Part shown: piece by piece, positions 36,701-51,700 of the stretch | Layout: each line of letters starts with the position of its first letter | How positions within the stretch are numbered: the stretch's first letter is position 1 | Source of the DNA: Eledone cirrhosa | Taxonomy: Eukaryota | Assembly (NCBI GenBank): GCA_964016885.1 | Contig: OZ024740.1 | Coordinates: 15,748,001-15,812,000, forward strand | DNA length: 64,000 bases | Direction: 5' to 3' | Notes under the pieces: model-generated | Databases searched by the model: none | The model's input: the letters and a program-made list of their open reading frames with translations, nothing else | Told to the model about the DNA's origin: nothing | Position numbers and translations under genes: made by a program

Positions 36701-39700
36701 GGTCCAGCATGTGGTCTCTAGTAATAACGTTTAATATATGATACAGGTGCAGCATGTGGTCTCTAGTAATAATGTTTAATATATGATACAGGTGTTACAT
36801 GTTGTCTCTAGTAATAATGTTTAATGTATGATACAGGTGTTACATGTGGTCTCTAGTAATAATGTTTAATATATGATACAGGTGCTACATGTGGTATCTA
36901 GTAATAATGTTTAATATATGATACAGGTGCTACATGTGGTCTCTAGTAATAATGTTTAATATATGATACAGGTGCAGCATGTGGTCCCTAGTAATAATGT
37001 TTAATATATGATACAGGTGCAGCATGTGCTCTCTAGTAATAATGTTTAATGTATGATACAGGTGTTACATGTTGTCTCTAGTAATAATGTTTAATATATG
37101 ATACAGGTGTTACATGTGGTCTCTAGTAATAATGTTTAATATATGATACAGGTGCTACATGTGGTCTCTAGTAATAATGTTTAATATATGATACAGGTGC
37201 AGCATGTGGTCCCTAGTAATAATGTTTAATATATGATACAGGTGCTACATGTGGTCTCTAGTAATAATGTTTATTGTATGATACAGGTGTTACATATGGT
37301 CTCTAGTAATAATGTTTAATGTATGATACAGGTGTTACATGTGGTCTCTAGTAATAATGTTTAATATATGATACAGGTGCTACATGTGGTATCTAGTAAT
37401 AACGTTTAATGTATGATACAGGTGCAGCATGTGGTCTCTAGTAATAATGTTTAATATATGATAAAGGTACAGCATGTGGTCTCTAGTAATAATGTTTAAT
37501 ATATGATACAGGCGTTACAAGTGGTCCCTGGTAATAATGTTTAATGTATGATACAGGTGTTACATGTTGTCTCTAGTAATAATGTTTAATATATGATACA
37601 GGTGTTACATGTTGTCTCTAGTAATAATGTTTAATGTATGATACAGGTGCTACATGTGGTCTCTACTAATAATGTTTAATATATGATACAGGTGCAGCAT
37701 GTGGTCTCTAGTCATAATGTTTAACATATGATACAGGTGTTACATGTGGTCTCTAGTAATAATGTTTAATATATGATACAGGTGTTACATGTGGTCTCTA
37801 GTAATAATGTTTAATGTCTGATACAGGTGTTACATGTGGTCCCTTGTAATAATGTTTAAAGTATGATACAGGTGCTACATGTGGTCTCTAGTAATACTGT
37901 TTAATATATGATACAGGTGTTACATGTGGTCTCTACTAATAATGTTTAATATATGATACAGGTGCAGCATGTGGTCTCTAGTCATAATGTTTAATATATG
38001 ATACAGGTGTTACATGTGGTCTCTAGTAATAATGTTTAATATATGATACAGGTGCAGCATGTGGTCTCTAGTAATAATGTTTAATATATGATACAGGTGC
38101 AGCATGTGGTCTCTAGTAATAATGTTTAATATATGATACAGGTGTTACATGTGGTCTCAAGTAATAATGTTTAATATATGATACAGGTGCAGCATGTGGT
38201 CTCTAGTAATAATGTTTAATATATGATACAGGTGCTACATGTGGTCTCTAGTAATAATGTTTATTGTATGATACAGGTGTTACATGTGGTCTCTAGTAAT
38301 AATGTTTAATATATGATACAGGTGTTACATGTGGTCTCTAGTAATAAAGTTTAATGTATGATACAGGTGTTACATGTTGTCTCTAGTAATAATGTTTAAT
38401 ATATGATACAGGTGCAGCATGTGGTCGCTAGTAATAATGTTTAATATATGATACAGGTGCAGCATGTGGTCTCTAGTAATAATGTTTAATGTATGATACA
38501 GGTGTTACATGCGGTCTCTAGTAATAATGTTTAATGTATGATACAGGTGTTACATGTGGTCTCTAGTAATAATGTTTAATATATGATACGGGTGCTACAT
38601 GTGCTCCCTAGTAATAATGTGTAATATTTACTTAAGTTATGCTACATGTTGTCCCTAGTAATAATGTTTAATGTATGATACAGGTGCTACATGTTGTCTC
38701 TAGTAATAATGATTAACATATGATACAAGTGCAGCACGTGGTCTCTAGTAATAATGTTTAATATATGATACATGTGATACATGTGGTCTCTAGTAATAAT
38801 GTTTATTGTATGATACAGGTGTTACATATGGTCTCTAGTAATAATGTTTAATGTATGATACAGGTGTTACATGTGGTCTCTAGTAATAATGTTTAATATA
38901 TGATACAGGTGCAGCATGTGGTCTCTAGTAATAATGTTTAATATATGATACAGGTGCAGCATGTGGTCTCTAGTAATAATGTTTAATATATGATACAGGT
39001 GTTACATGTGGTCTCTAGTAATAATGTTTAATGTATGATACAGGTGTTACATGTTGTCTCTAGTAATAATGTTTAATATATGATACAGGTCCAGCATGTG
39101 GTCTCTAGTAATAACGTTTAATATATGATACAGGTGCAGCATGTGGTCTCTAGTAATAATGTTTAATATATGATACAGGTGTTACATGTTGTCTCTAGTA
39201 ATAATGTTTAATATATGATACAGGTGTTACATGTGGTCTCTAGTAATAATGTTTAATATATGATACAGGTGCTACATGTGGTATCTAGTAATAATGTTTA
39301 ATATATGATACAGGTGCTACATGTGGTCTCTAGTAATAATGTTTAATATATGATACAGGTGCAGCATGTGGTCCCTAGTAATAATGTTTAATATATGATA
39401 CAGGTGCAGCATGTGCTCTCTAGTAATAATGTTTAATGTATGATACAGGTGTTACATGTTGTCTCTAGTAATAATGTTTAATATATGATACAGGTGTTAC
39501 ATGTGGTCTCTAGTAATAATGTTTAATATATGATACAGGTGCTACATGTGGTCTCTAGTAATAATGTTTAATATATGATACAGGTGCAGCATGTGGTCCC
39601 TAGTAATAATGTTTAATATATGATACAGGTGCTACATGTGGTCTCTAGTAATAATGTTTATTGTATGATACAGGTGTTACATATGGTCTCTAGTAATAAT

Positions 39701-42700
39701 GTTTATTGTATGATACAGGTGTTACATATGGTCTCTAGTAATAATGTTTATTGTATGATACAGGTGTTACATATGGTCTCTAGTAATAATGTTTAATATA
39801 TGATACAGGTGCTACATGTGGTATCTAGTAATAATGTTTCATATATGATACAGGTGTTACATGTGGTCTCTAGTAATAATGTTTAATATATGATACAGGT
39901 GCTACATGTGGTATCTAGTAATAACGTTTAATGTATAATACAGGTGCAGCATGTGGTCTCGAGTAAAAATGTTTAATATATGATAAAGGTACAGCATGTG
40001 GTCTCTAGTAATAATGTTTAATATATGATACAGGTGTTACAAGTGGTCCCTGGTAATAATGTTTAATGTATGATACAGGTGTTACATGTTGTCTCTAGTA
40101 ATAATGTTTAATATATGATACAGGTGTTACATGTTGTCTCTAGTAATAATGTTTAATGTATGATACAGGTGCTACATGTGGTCTCTACTAATAATGTTTA
40201 ATATATGATACAGGTGCAGCATGTGGTCTCTAGTCATAATGTTTAACATATGATACAGGTGTTACATGTGGTCTCTAGTAATAATGTTTAATATATGATA
40301 CAGGTGTTACATGTGGTCTCTAGTAATAATGTTTAATGTCTGATACAGGTGTTACATGTGGTCCCTTGTAATAATGTTTAAAGTATGATACAGGTGCTAC
40401 ATGTGGTCTCTAGTAATACTGTTTAATATATGATACAGGTGTTACATGTGGTCTCTACTAATAATGTTTAATATATGATACAGGTGCAGCATGTGGTCTC
40501 TAGTCATAATGTTTAATATATGATACAGGTGTTACATGTGGTCTCTAGTAATAATGTTTAATATATGATACAGGTGCAGCATGTGGTCTCTAGTAATAAT
40601 GTTTAATATATGATACAGGTGCAGCATGTGGTCTCTAGTAATAATGTTTAATATATGATACAGGTGTTACATGTGGTCTCAAGTAATAATGTTTAATATA
40701 TGATACAGGTGCAGCATGTGGTCTCTAGTAATAATGTTTAATATATGATACAGGTGCTACATGTGGTCTCTAGTAATAATGTTTATTGTATGATACAGGT
40801 GTTACATGTGGTCTCTAGTAATAATGTTTAATATATGATACAGGTGTTACATGTGGTCTCTAGTAATAAAGTTTAATGTATGATACAGGTGTTACATGTT
40901 GTCTCTAGTAATAATGTTTAATATATGATACAGGTGCAGCATGTGGTCGCTAGTAATAATGTTTAATATATGATACAGGTGCAGCATGTGGTCTCTAGTA
41001 ATAATGTTTAATGTATGATACAGGTGTTACATGCGGTCTCTAGTAATAATGTTTAATGTATGATACAGGTGTTACATGTGGTCTCTAGTAATAATGTTTA
41101 ATATATGATACGGGTGCTACATGTGGTCCCTAGTAATAATGTGTAATATTTACTTAAGTTATGCTACATGTTGTCCCTAGTAATAATGTTTAATGTATGA
41201 TACAGATGCTACATGTTGTCTCTAGTAATAATGTTTAATATATGATACAAGGGCAGCATGTGGTCTCTAGTAATAATGTTTAATATATGATATATGTGCT
41301 ACATGTGGTCTCTAGAAATAATGTTTAATATTTGATACAGGTGTTACATGTGGTCTCTAGTAATAATGTTTAATATATGATACAGGTGTTACATGTGGTC
41401 TCTAGTAAAAATGTTTAATGTATGATACAGGTGTTACATGTGGCCTCTAGTAATAATGTTTAATATATGATACAGGTGCAGCATGTGGTCCCTAGTAATA
41501 ATGGTTAATATATGATACAGGTGTTACATGTGGTCTCTAGTAATAATGTTTAATATATGATACAGGTGTTACATGTGGTCTATAGTAATAATGTTTAATA
41601 TATGATACAGGTGTTACATGTGGTCTCTAGTAATAATGTTTAATATATGATACAGGTGTTACATGTGGTCTCTAGTAATAATGTTTAATATATGATACAG
41701 GTGTTACATGTGGTCTCTAGTAATTATGTTTAATATATGATACAGGTGCAGCATGTGGTCTCTAGTAATAATGTTTAATATATGATACAGGTGCAGCATG
41801 TGGTCTCTAGTAATAATGTTTAATATATGATACAGGTGTTACAAGTGGTCTCTAGTAATAATGTTTAATATATGATACAGGTGCAGCATGTGCTCTCTAG
41901 TAATAATGTTTAATGTATGATACAGGTGTTACATGTTGTCTCTAGTAATAATGTTTAATATATGATACAGGTGTTACATGTTGTCTCTAGTAATAATGTT
42001 TAATATATGATAGAGGTGCTACATGTGGTCTCTAGTAATAATGTTTAATATATGATACAGGTGCAGCATGTGGTCCCTGGTAATAATGTTTAATATATGA
42101 TACAGGTGCAGCATGTGGTCTCTAGTAATAATTTTTAATGTATGATACAGGTGTTACAAGTGGTCTCTAGTAATAATGTTTAATATATGATACAGGTTGA
42201 GCATGTGGTCTCTAGTAATAATGTTTAATGTATGATACAGATGTTACATGTTGTCTCTAGTAATAATGTTTAATATATGATACAGGTGTTACATGTGGTG
42301 TCTAGTAATAATGTTTAATATATGATACAGGTGTTACATGTGGTCTCTAGTAATAATGTTTAATATATGATACAGGTGCTACATGTGGTCTCTAGTAATA
42401 ATGTTTAATATATGATACAGGTGCTACATGTGGTCCCTAGTAATAATGTGTAATATTTACTTAAGTTATGCTACATGTTGTCCCTAGTAATAATGTTTAA
42501 TATATGATACAGGTGCAGCATGTGGTCTCTAGTCATAATGTTTAATATATGATACAGGTGTTACATTTGGTCTCTAGTAATAATGTTTAATATATGATAC
42601 AGGTGCAGCATGTGGTCTCTAGTTATAATGTTTAATATATGATACAGGTGCAGCATGTGGTCTCTAGTAATAATGTTTAATGTATGATACAGGTGTTACA

Positions 42701-45700
42701 TGTTGTCTCTAGTAATAATGTTTAATATATGATACAGGTGTTACATGTGGTGTCTAGTAATAATGTTTAATATATGATACAGGTGCAGCATGTGGTCTCT
42801 AGTAATAACGTTTAATATATGATACAGGTGTTACATGTGGTCTCAAGTAATAATGTTTAATATATGATACAGGTGCAGCATGTGGTCTCTAGTATTAATG
42901 TTTAATATATGATACAGATGTTACATGTTGTCTCTAGTAATAATGTTTAATATATGATACAGGTGTTACATGTGGTCTCTAGTAATAATGTTTAATATAT
43001 GATACAGGTGTTACATGTGGTCTCTAGTAATAATGTTTAATGTATGATACAGGTGCTACATGTGGTCTCTAGTAATAATGTTTAATATATGATACTGGTG
43101 TTACATGTGGTCTCTAGTAATAATGTTTAATATATGATACAGGTGCAGCATGTGGTCTCTAGTAATAATGTTTAATGTATGATACAGGTGTTACAAGTGG
43201 TCTCTAGTAATAATGTTTAATATATGATACAGGTGCAGCATGTGGTCTCTAGTAATAATGTTTAATGTATGATACAGGTGTTACATGTTGTCTCTAGTAA
43301 TAATGTTTAATATATGATACAGGTGTTACATGTGGTCTCTAGTAATATTGTTTAATATATGATACAGGTGTTACATGTGGTCTCTAGTAATAATGTTTAA
43401 TATATGATACAGGTGTTACATGTGGTCTCTAGTAATAATGTTTAATATATGATACAGGTGCTACATATGGTCTCTTGTAATGATGTTTAATGTATGATAC
43501 AGGTGTTACATGTGGTCGCTAGTAATAATGTTTAATATATGATACAGGTGTTACATGTGGTCTCTAGTAATAATGTTTAATGTATGATACAGGTGTTACA
43601 TGTGGTCTCTAGTAATAATGTTTAATATATGATAGAGGTGTTACATGTGGTCTCTAGTAATAATGATTAATATATGATACAGGTGCTACATGTGGTCTCT
43701 AGTAATAATGTTTAATGTATGATACAGGTGTTACATGTGGTCGCTAGTAATAATGTTTAAGATATGATACAGGTGTTACATGTGGTCTCTAGTAATAATG
43801 TTTAATATATGATACAGGTGTTACATGTGGTCTCTAGTAATAATGCTTAATATTTGATACAGGTGCTACATGTGGGCTCGAGTAATAATGTTTATTGTAT
43901 GATACAGGTGTTACATGCGGTCTCTAGTAATAATGTTTAATATATGAAACAGGTGCTACATGTGGTCCCTAGTAATAATGTGTAGTATTTACTTAAGTTA
44001 TGCTACATGTTGTCCCTAGTAATAATGTTTAATGTATGATACAGGTGCTACATGTTGTCTCTAGTAATAATGTCTAATATATGATACAGGTGCAGCATGT
44101 GGTCTCTAGTAATAATGTTTAATATATGATACAGGTGCTACATGTGGTCTCTAGTAATAATGTTTATTGTATGATATAGGTGTTACATATGGTCTCTAGT
44201 AATAATGTTTAATGTATGATACAGGTGTTACATGTGGTCTCTAGTAATAATGTTTAATATATGATACAGGTGCTACATGTGGTCTCTAGTAATAATGTTT
44301 AATATATGATACAGGTGTTACATGTCGTCTCTAGTAATAATGTTTAATATATGATACAGGTGCTACATGTGGTCTTTAGTAATAATGTTTAAAGTATGAT
44401 ACAGGTGCAGCATGAGGTCTCTACTAATAATGTTTAATATATGATACAGGTGCAGCATGTGGTCTCTAGTAATAATGTTTAATATATGATACAGGTGTTA
44501 CAAGTGGTCCCTGGTAATAATGTTTAATGTATGATACAGGTGTTACATGTTGTCTCTAGTAATAATGTTTAATATATGATACAGGTGTTACATGTTGTCT
44601 CTAGTAATAATGTTTAATGTATGATACAGGTCCTACATGTGGTCTCTAGGAATACTGTTTAATATATGATACAGGTGTTACATGTGGTCTCTACTAATAA
44701 TGTTTAATATATGATACAGGTGCAGCATGTGGTCTCTAGTCATAATGTTTAATATATGATACAGGTGTTACATGTGGTCTCTAGTAATAATGTTTAATAT
44801 ATGATACAGGTGCAGCATGTGGTCTCTAGTAATAATGTTTAGTATATGATACAGGTTTTACATGTGGTCTCTAGTAATAATGTTTAATATATGATACAGG
44901 TGTTACATGTGGTCTCTAGTAATAAAGTTTAATGTATGATACAGGTGTTACATGTGGTCTCTAGTAATAATGTTTAATATATGATACAGGTGCAGCATGT
45001 GGTCTCTAGTAATAATGCTTAATATATGATACAGGTGTTATATGTGGTCTCAAGTAATAATGTTTGATATATGATACAGGTGCAGCATGTGGTCTCTAGT
45101 AATAATGTTTATTATATGATACAGGTGCAGCATCTGGTCTCTAGTAATAATGTTTAATATATGATACAGGTGTTACATGTGGTTTCTAGTAATAATGTTT
45201 AATATATGATACAGGTGTTACATGTGGTCTCTAGTAATAAAGTTTAATGTATGATACAGGTTTTACATGTGGTCTCTAGTAATAATGTTTAATATATGAT
45301 ACAGGTGCAGCATGTGGTCTCTAGTAATAATGTTTAATATATGATACAGGTGTTACATGTGGTCTCTAGTAATAATGTTTAATATATGATACAGGTGCTA
45401 CATGTGGTATCTAGTAATAATGTTTAATATATTATACAGGTGCTACATGTCGTCTCTAGTAATAATGTTTAATATATGATACAGGTGCAGCATGTGGTCC
45501 CTAGTAATAATGTTTAATATATGATACAGGTGTTACATGTGGTCTCTAGTAATAATGTTTAATATATGATACAGGTGTTACATGTGGTCTCTAGTAATAA
45601 TGTTTAATATATGATACAGGTGTTACATGTGGTCTCTAGTAATAATGTTTAATATATGATACAGGTGTTACATGTGGTCTCTAGTAATAATGTTTAATAT

Positions 45701-48700
45701 ATGATACAGGTGCAGCATATGCTCTCTAGTAATAATGGTTAATGTATGATACAGGTGTTACATGTGGTCTCTAGTAATAATGTTTAATATATGATACAGG
45801 TGCAGCATATGCTCTCTAGTAATAATGTTTAATATATGATACAGGTGCAGCATGTGGTCCCTAGTAATAATGTTTAATATATGATACAGGTGCTACATGT
45901 GGTCTCTAGTAATAATGTTTAATGTATGATACAGGTGTTACATGTGGTCGCTAGTAATAATGTTTAATGTATGATACAGGTGTTACATGCGGTCTTTAGT
46001 AATAATGTGTAATATTTACTTAAGTTATGCTACATGTTGTCCCTAGTAATAATGTTTAATATATGATACAGGTGCAGCATGTGGTCTCTAGTCATAATGT
46101 TTAATATATGATACAGGTGTTACATGTGGTCTCTAGTAATAATGTTTAATATATGATACAGGTGCAGCATGTGGTCTCTAGTAATAATGTTTAATATATG
46201 ATACAGGTGCAGCATGTGGTCTATAGTAATAATGTTTAATATATGATACAGGTGCAACATGTGGTCTGTAGTAATAATGTTTAATGTATGATACTGGTGT
46301 TACATGTGGTCTCTAGTAATAATGTGTAATATTTACTTAAGTTATGCTACATGTTGTCCCTAGTAATAATGTGTAATATTTACTTAAGTTATGCTACATG
46401 TTGTCCCTAGTAATAACGTTTAATATATGATACAGGTGCAGCATGTGGTCTCTAGTAATAATGTTTAATATATGATACAGGTGCAGCATGTGGTCTCTAG
46501 TAATAATGTTTAATATATGATACAGGTGTTACATGTGGTCTCTAGTAATAATGTTTAATATATGATACAGGTGTTACATGTGGCCTCTAGTAATAATGTT
46601 TAATGTATGATACAGGTGTTACATGTGGTCTCTAGTAATAATGTTTAATATATGATACAGGTGCAGCATGTGGTCTGTAGTAATAATGTTTAATATATGA
46701 TGCAGGTGTTACATGTGGTCTCAAGTAATAATGTTTAATATATGATACAGGTGCAGCATGTGATCTCTAGTAATAATGTTTAATATATGATACAGGTGCA
46801 GCATGTGGTCTCTAGTAATAATGTTTAATATATGATAAAGGTGTTACATGTGGTCTCTAGTAATAATGTTTAATATATGATACAGGTGCAGCATGTGGTC
46901 TCTATTAATAATGTTTAATATATGATACAGGTGTTACATGTGGTCTCTGGTAATAATGTTTAATGTATGATACAGGTGCTACATGTGGTTTCTAGTAATA
47001 ATGTTTAATATATGATACAGGTGTTACATGTGGTCTCTAGTAATAAAGTTTAATGTATGATACAGGTTTTACATGTGGTCTCTAGTAATAATGTTTAATA
47101 TATGATACAGGTGCAGCATGTGGTCTCTAGTAATAATGTTTAATATATGATACAGGTGTTACATGTGGTCTCTAGTAATAATGTTTAATATATGATACAG
47201 GTGCTACATGTGGTATCTAGTAATAATGTTTAATATATTATACAGGTGCTACATGTCGTCTCTAGTAATAATGTTTAATATATGATACAGGTGCAGCATG
47301 TGGTCCCTAGTAATAATGTTTAATATATGATACAGGTGTTACATGTGGTCTCTAGTAATAATGTTTAATATATGATACAGGTGTTACATGTGGTCTCTAG
47401 TAATAATGTTTAATATATGATACAGGTGTTACATGTGGTCTCTAGTAATAATGTTTAATATATGATACAGGTGTTACATGTGGTCTCTAGTAATAATGTT
47501 TAATATATGATACAGGTGCAGCATATGCTCTCTAGTAATAATGGTTAATGTATGATACAGGTGTTACATGTGGTCTCTAGTAATAATGTTTAATATATGA
47601 TACAGGTGCAGCATATGCTCTCTAGTAATAATGTTTAATATATGATACAGGTGCAGCATGTGGTCCCTAGTAATAATGTTTAATATATGATACAGGTGCT
47701 ACATGTGGTCTCTAGTAATAATGTTTAATGTATGATACAGGTGTTACATGTGGTCGCTAGTAATAATGTTTAATGTATGATACAGGTGTTACATGCGGTC
47801 TTTAGTAATAATGTGTAATATTTACTTAAGTTATGCTACATGTTGTCCCTAGTAATAATGTTTAATATATGATACAGGTGCAGCATGTGGTCTCTAGTCA
47901 TAATGTTTAATATATGATACAGGTGTTACATGTGGTCTCTAGTAATAATGTTTAATATATGATACAGGTGCAGCATGTGGTCTCTAGTAATAATGTTTAA
48001 TATATGATACAGGTGCAGCATGTGGTCTATAGTAATAATGTTTAATATATGATACAGGTGCAACATGTGGTCTGTAGTAATAATGTTTAATGTATGATAC
48101 TGGTGTTACATGTGGTCTCTAGTAATAATGTGTAATATTTACTTAAGTTATGCTACATGTTGTCCCTAGTAATAATGTGTAATATTTACTTAAGTTATGC
48201 TACATGTTGTCCCTAGTAATAACGTTTAATATATGATACAGGTGCAGCATGTGGTCTCTAGTAATAATGTTTAATATATGATACAGGTGCAGCATGTGGT
48301 CTCTAGTAATAATGTTTAATATATGATACAGGTGTTACATGTGGTCTCTAGTAATAATGTTTAATATATGATACAGGTGTTACATGTGGCCTCTAGTAAT
48401 AATGTTTAATGTATGATACAGGTGTTACATGTGGTCTCTAGGAATAATGTTTAATATATGATACAGGTGCAGCATGTGGTCTGTAGTAATAATGTTTAAT
48501 ATATGATACAGGTGTTACATGTGGTCTCAAGTAATAATGTTTAATATATGATACAGGTGCAGCATGTGGTCTCTAGTAATAATGTTTAATATATGATACA
48601 GGTGCAGCATGTGGTCTCTAGTAATAATGTTTAATATATGATAAAGGTGTTACATGTGGTCTCTAGTAATAATGTTTAATATATGATACAGGTGCAGCAT

Positions 48701-51700
48701 GTGGTCTCTATTAATAATGTTTAATATATGATACAGGTGTTACATGTGGTCTCTGGTAATAATGTTTAATGTATGATATAGGTGCTACATGTGGTCTCTA
48801 GTAATACTGTTTAATATATGATACAGGTGTTACATGTGGTCTCTAGTAATAATATTTAATATATGATACAGGTGTTACATGTGCTCTCTAGTAATAATGT
48901 TTAATGTATGATACAGGTGCTACATGTGGTCTCTAGTAATAATGCTTAATATATGATACAGGTGCTACATGTGGTCTCTAGTAATAATGTTTAATGTATG
49001 ATACATGTGTTACAAGTGGTCCCTGGTAATAATGTTTAATGTATGATACAGGTGTTACATGTTATCTCTAGTAATAATGTTTAATATATGATACAGGTGC
49101 TACATGTTGTCTCTAGTAATAATGTTTAATGTATGATACAGGTCCTACATGTGGTCTCTAGTAATACTGTTTAATATATGATACAGGTGTTACATGTGGT
49201 CTCTAGTAATAATGTTTAATGTATGATACAGGTGTTACATGTGGTCCCTAGTAATAATGTTTAAAGTATGATACAGGTGCTACATGTGGTCTCTAGTAAT
49301 ACTGTTTAATATATGATACATGTGTTACATGTGGTCTCTACTAATAATGTTTAATATATGATACAGGTGCAGCATGTGGTCTATAGTCATAATGTTTAAT
49401 ATATGATACAGGTGTTACATGTGGTCTCTAGTAATAATGTTTAATATATGATACAGGTGCAGCATGTGGTCTCTAGTAATAATGTTTAGTATATGATACA
49501 GGTGTTACATGTGGTCTCTAGAAATAATGTTTAATATATGATATAGGTGCAGCATGTGGTCTCTAGTAATAATGTTTAATATATGATACAGGTGTTACAT
49601 GTGGTCTCAAGTAATAATGTTTAATATATGATACAGGTGCAGCATGTGGTCTCTAGTAATAATGTTTATTATATGATACAGGTGCAGCATCTGGTCTCTA
49701 GTAATAATGTTTAATATATGATACAGGTGTTACATGTGGTCTCTAGTAATAATATGTAATATATGATACAGGTGCTACATGTCGTCTCTAGTAATAATGT
49801 TTAATATATAATACAGGTGCAGCATGTGGTCCCTAGTAATAATGTTTAATATATGATACAGGTGTTACATGTGGTCTCTAGTAATAATGTTTAATATATG
49901 ATACAGGTGTTACATGTGGTCTCTAGTAATAATGTTTAATATATGATACAGGTGTTACATGTGGTCTCTAGTAATAATGTTTAATATATGATACAGGTGC
50001 AGCATATGCTCTCTAGTAATAATGGTTAATGTATGATACAGGTGTTACATGTGGTCTCTAGTAATAATGTTTAATATATGATACAGGTGCAGCATATGCT
50101 CTCTAGTAATAATGTTTAATATATGATACAGGTGCAGCATGTGGTCCGTAGTAATAATATTTAATATATGATACAGGTGCTACATGTGGTCTCTAGTAAT
50201 AATGTTTAATGTATGATACAGGTGTTACATGTGGTCTCTAGTAATAATGTTTAATATATGATACAGGTGCTACATGTGGTCCCTAGTAATAATGTGTAAT
50301 ATTTACTTAAGTTATGCTACATGTTGTCGCTAGTAATAATGTCTAATATATGATACAGGTGCAGCATGTGGTCTCTAGTAATAATGTTTAATATATGATA
50401 CAGGTGCAGCATGTGGTCTCTAGTAATAATGTTTAATATATGATACAGGTGTTACATGTGGTCTCTAGTAATAATGTTAATATATGATACAGGTGTTACA
50501 TGTGGCCTGTAGTAATAATGTTTAATGTATGATACAGGTGTTACATGTGGTCTCTAGTAATAATGTTTAATATATGATACAGGTGCAGAATGTGGTCTCT
50601 AATAATAATGTTTAATATATGATACAGGTGTTACATGTGGTCTCAAGTAATAATGTTTAATATATGATACAGGTGCAGCATGTGGTCTCAAGTAATAATG
50701 TTTAATATATGATACAGGTGCAGCATGTGGTCTCAAGTAATAATGTTTAATATATGATACAGGTGCAGCATGTGGTCTCTAGTAATAATGTTTAATATAT
50801 GATACAGGTGCAGCATGTGGTCTCTAGTAATAATGTTTAATATATGATACAGGTGCAGCATGTGGTCTCTATTAATAATGTTTAATATATGATACAGGTG
50901 TTACATGTGGTCTCTGGTAATAATGTTTAATGTATGATACAGGTGCTACATGTGGTCTCTAGTAATACTGTTTAATATATGATACAGGTGTTACATGTGG
51001 TCTCTAGTAATAATGTTTAATATATGATACAGGTGTTACATGTGGCTCTAGTAATAATGTTTAATATATGATACAGGTGCTTCATGTGGTCTCTAGTAAT
51101 AATGTTTAATATATGATACAGGTGTTACATGTGCTCTCTAGTAATAATGTTTAATGTATGATACAGGTGCAGCATGTGGTCTCTAGTAATAATGTTTAAT
51201 ATATGATACAGGTGCAGCATGTGGTCCCTAGTAATAATGTTTAATATATGATACAGGTGTTACATGTGGTCTCTAGTAATAACGTTTAATATATGATACA
51301 GGTGTTACATGTGGTCTCTAGTAATAATGTTTAATATATGATACAGGTGTTACATGTGGTCTCTAGTAATAATGTTTAATATATGATACAGGTGTTACAT
51401 ATGGTCTCTAGTAATAATGTTTAATATATTATACAGGTGTTACATGTGGTCTCTAGTAATAATGTTTAATATATGATACAGGTGTTACATGTGGTCTCTA
51501 GTAATAATGTTTAATATATGATACAGGTGCAGCATGTGGTCTCTAGTAATAATGTTTAATATATGATACAGGTGCAGCATGTGGTCTCTAGTAATAATGT
51601 TTAATGTATGATACAGCTGTTACATGTTGTCTCTAGTAATAATGTTTAATATATGATAAAGGTGTTACATGTGGTCTCTAGTAATAATGTTTAATATATG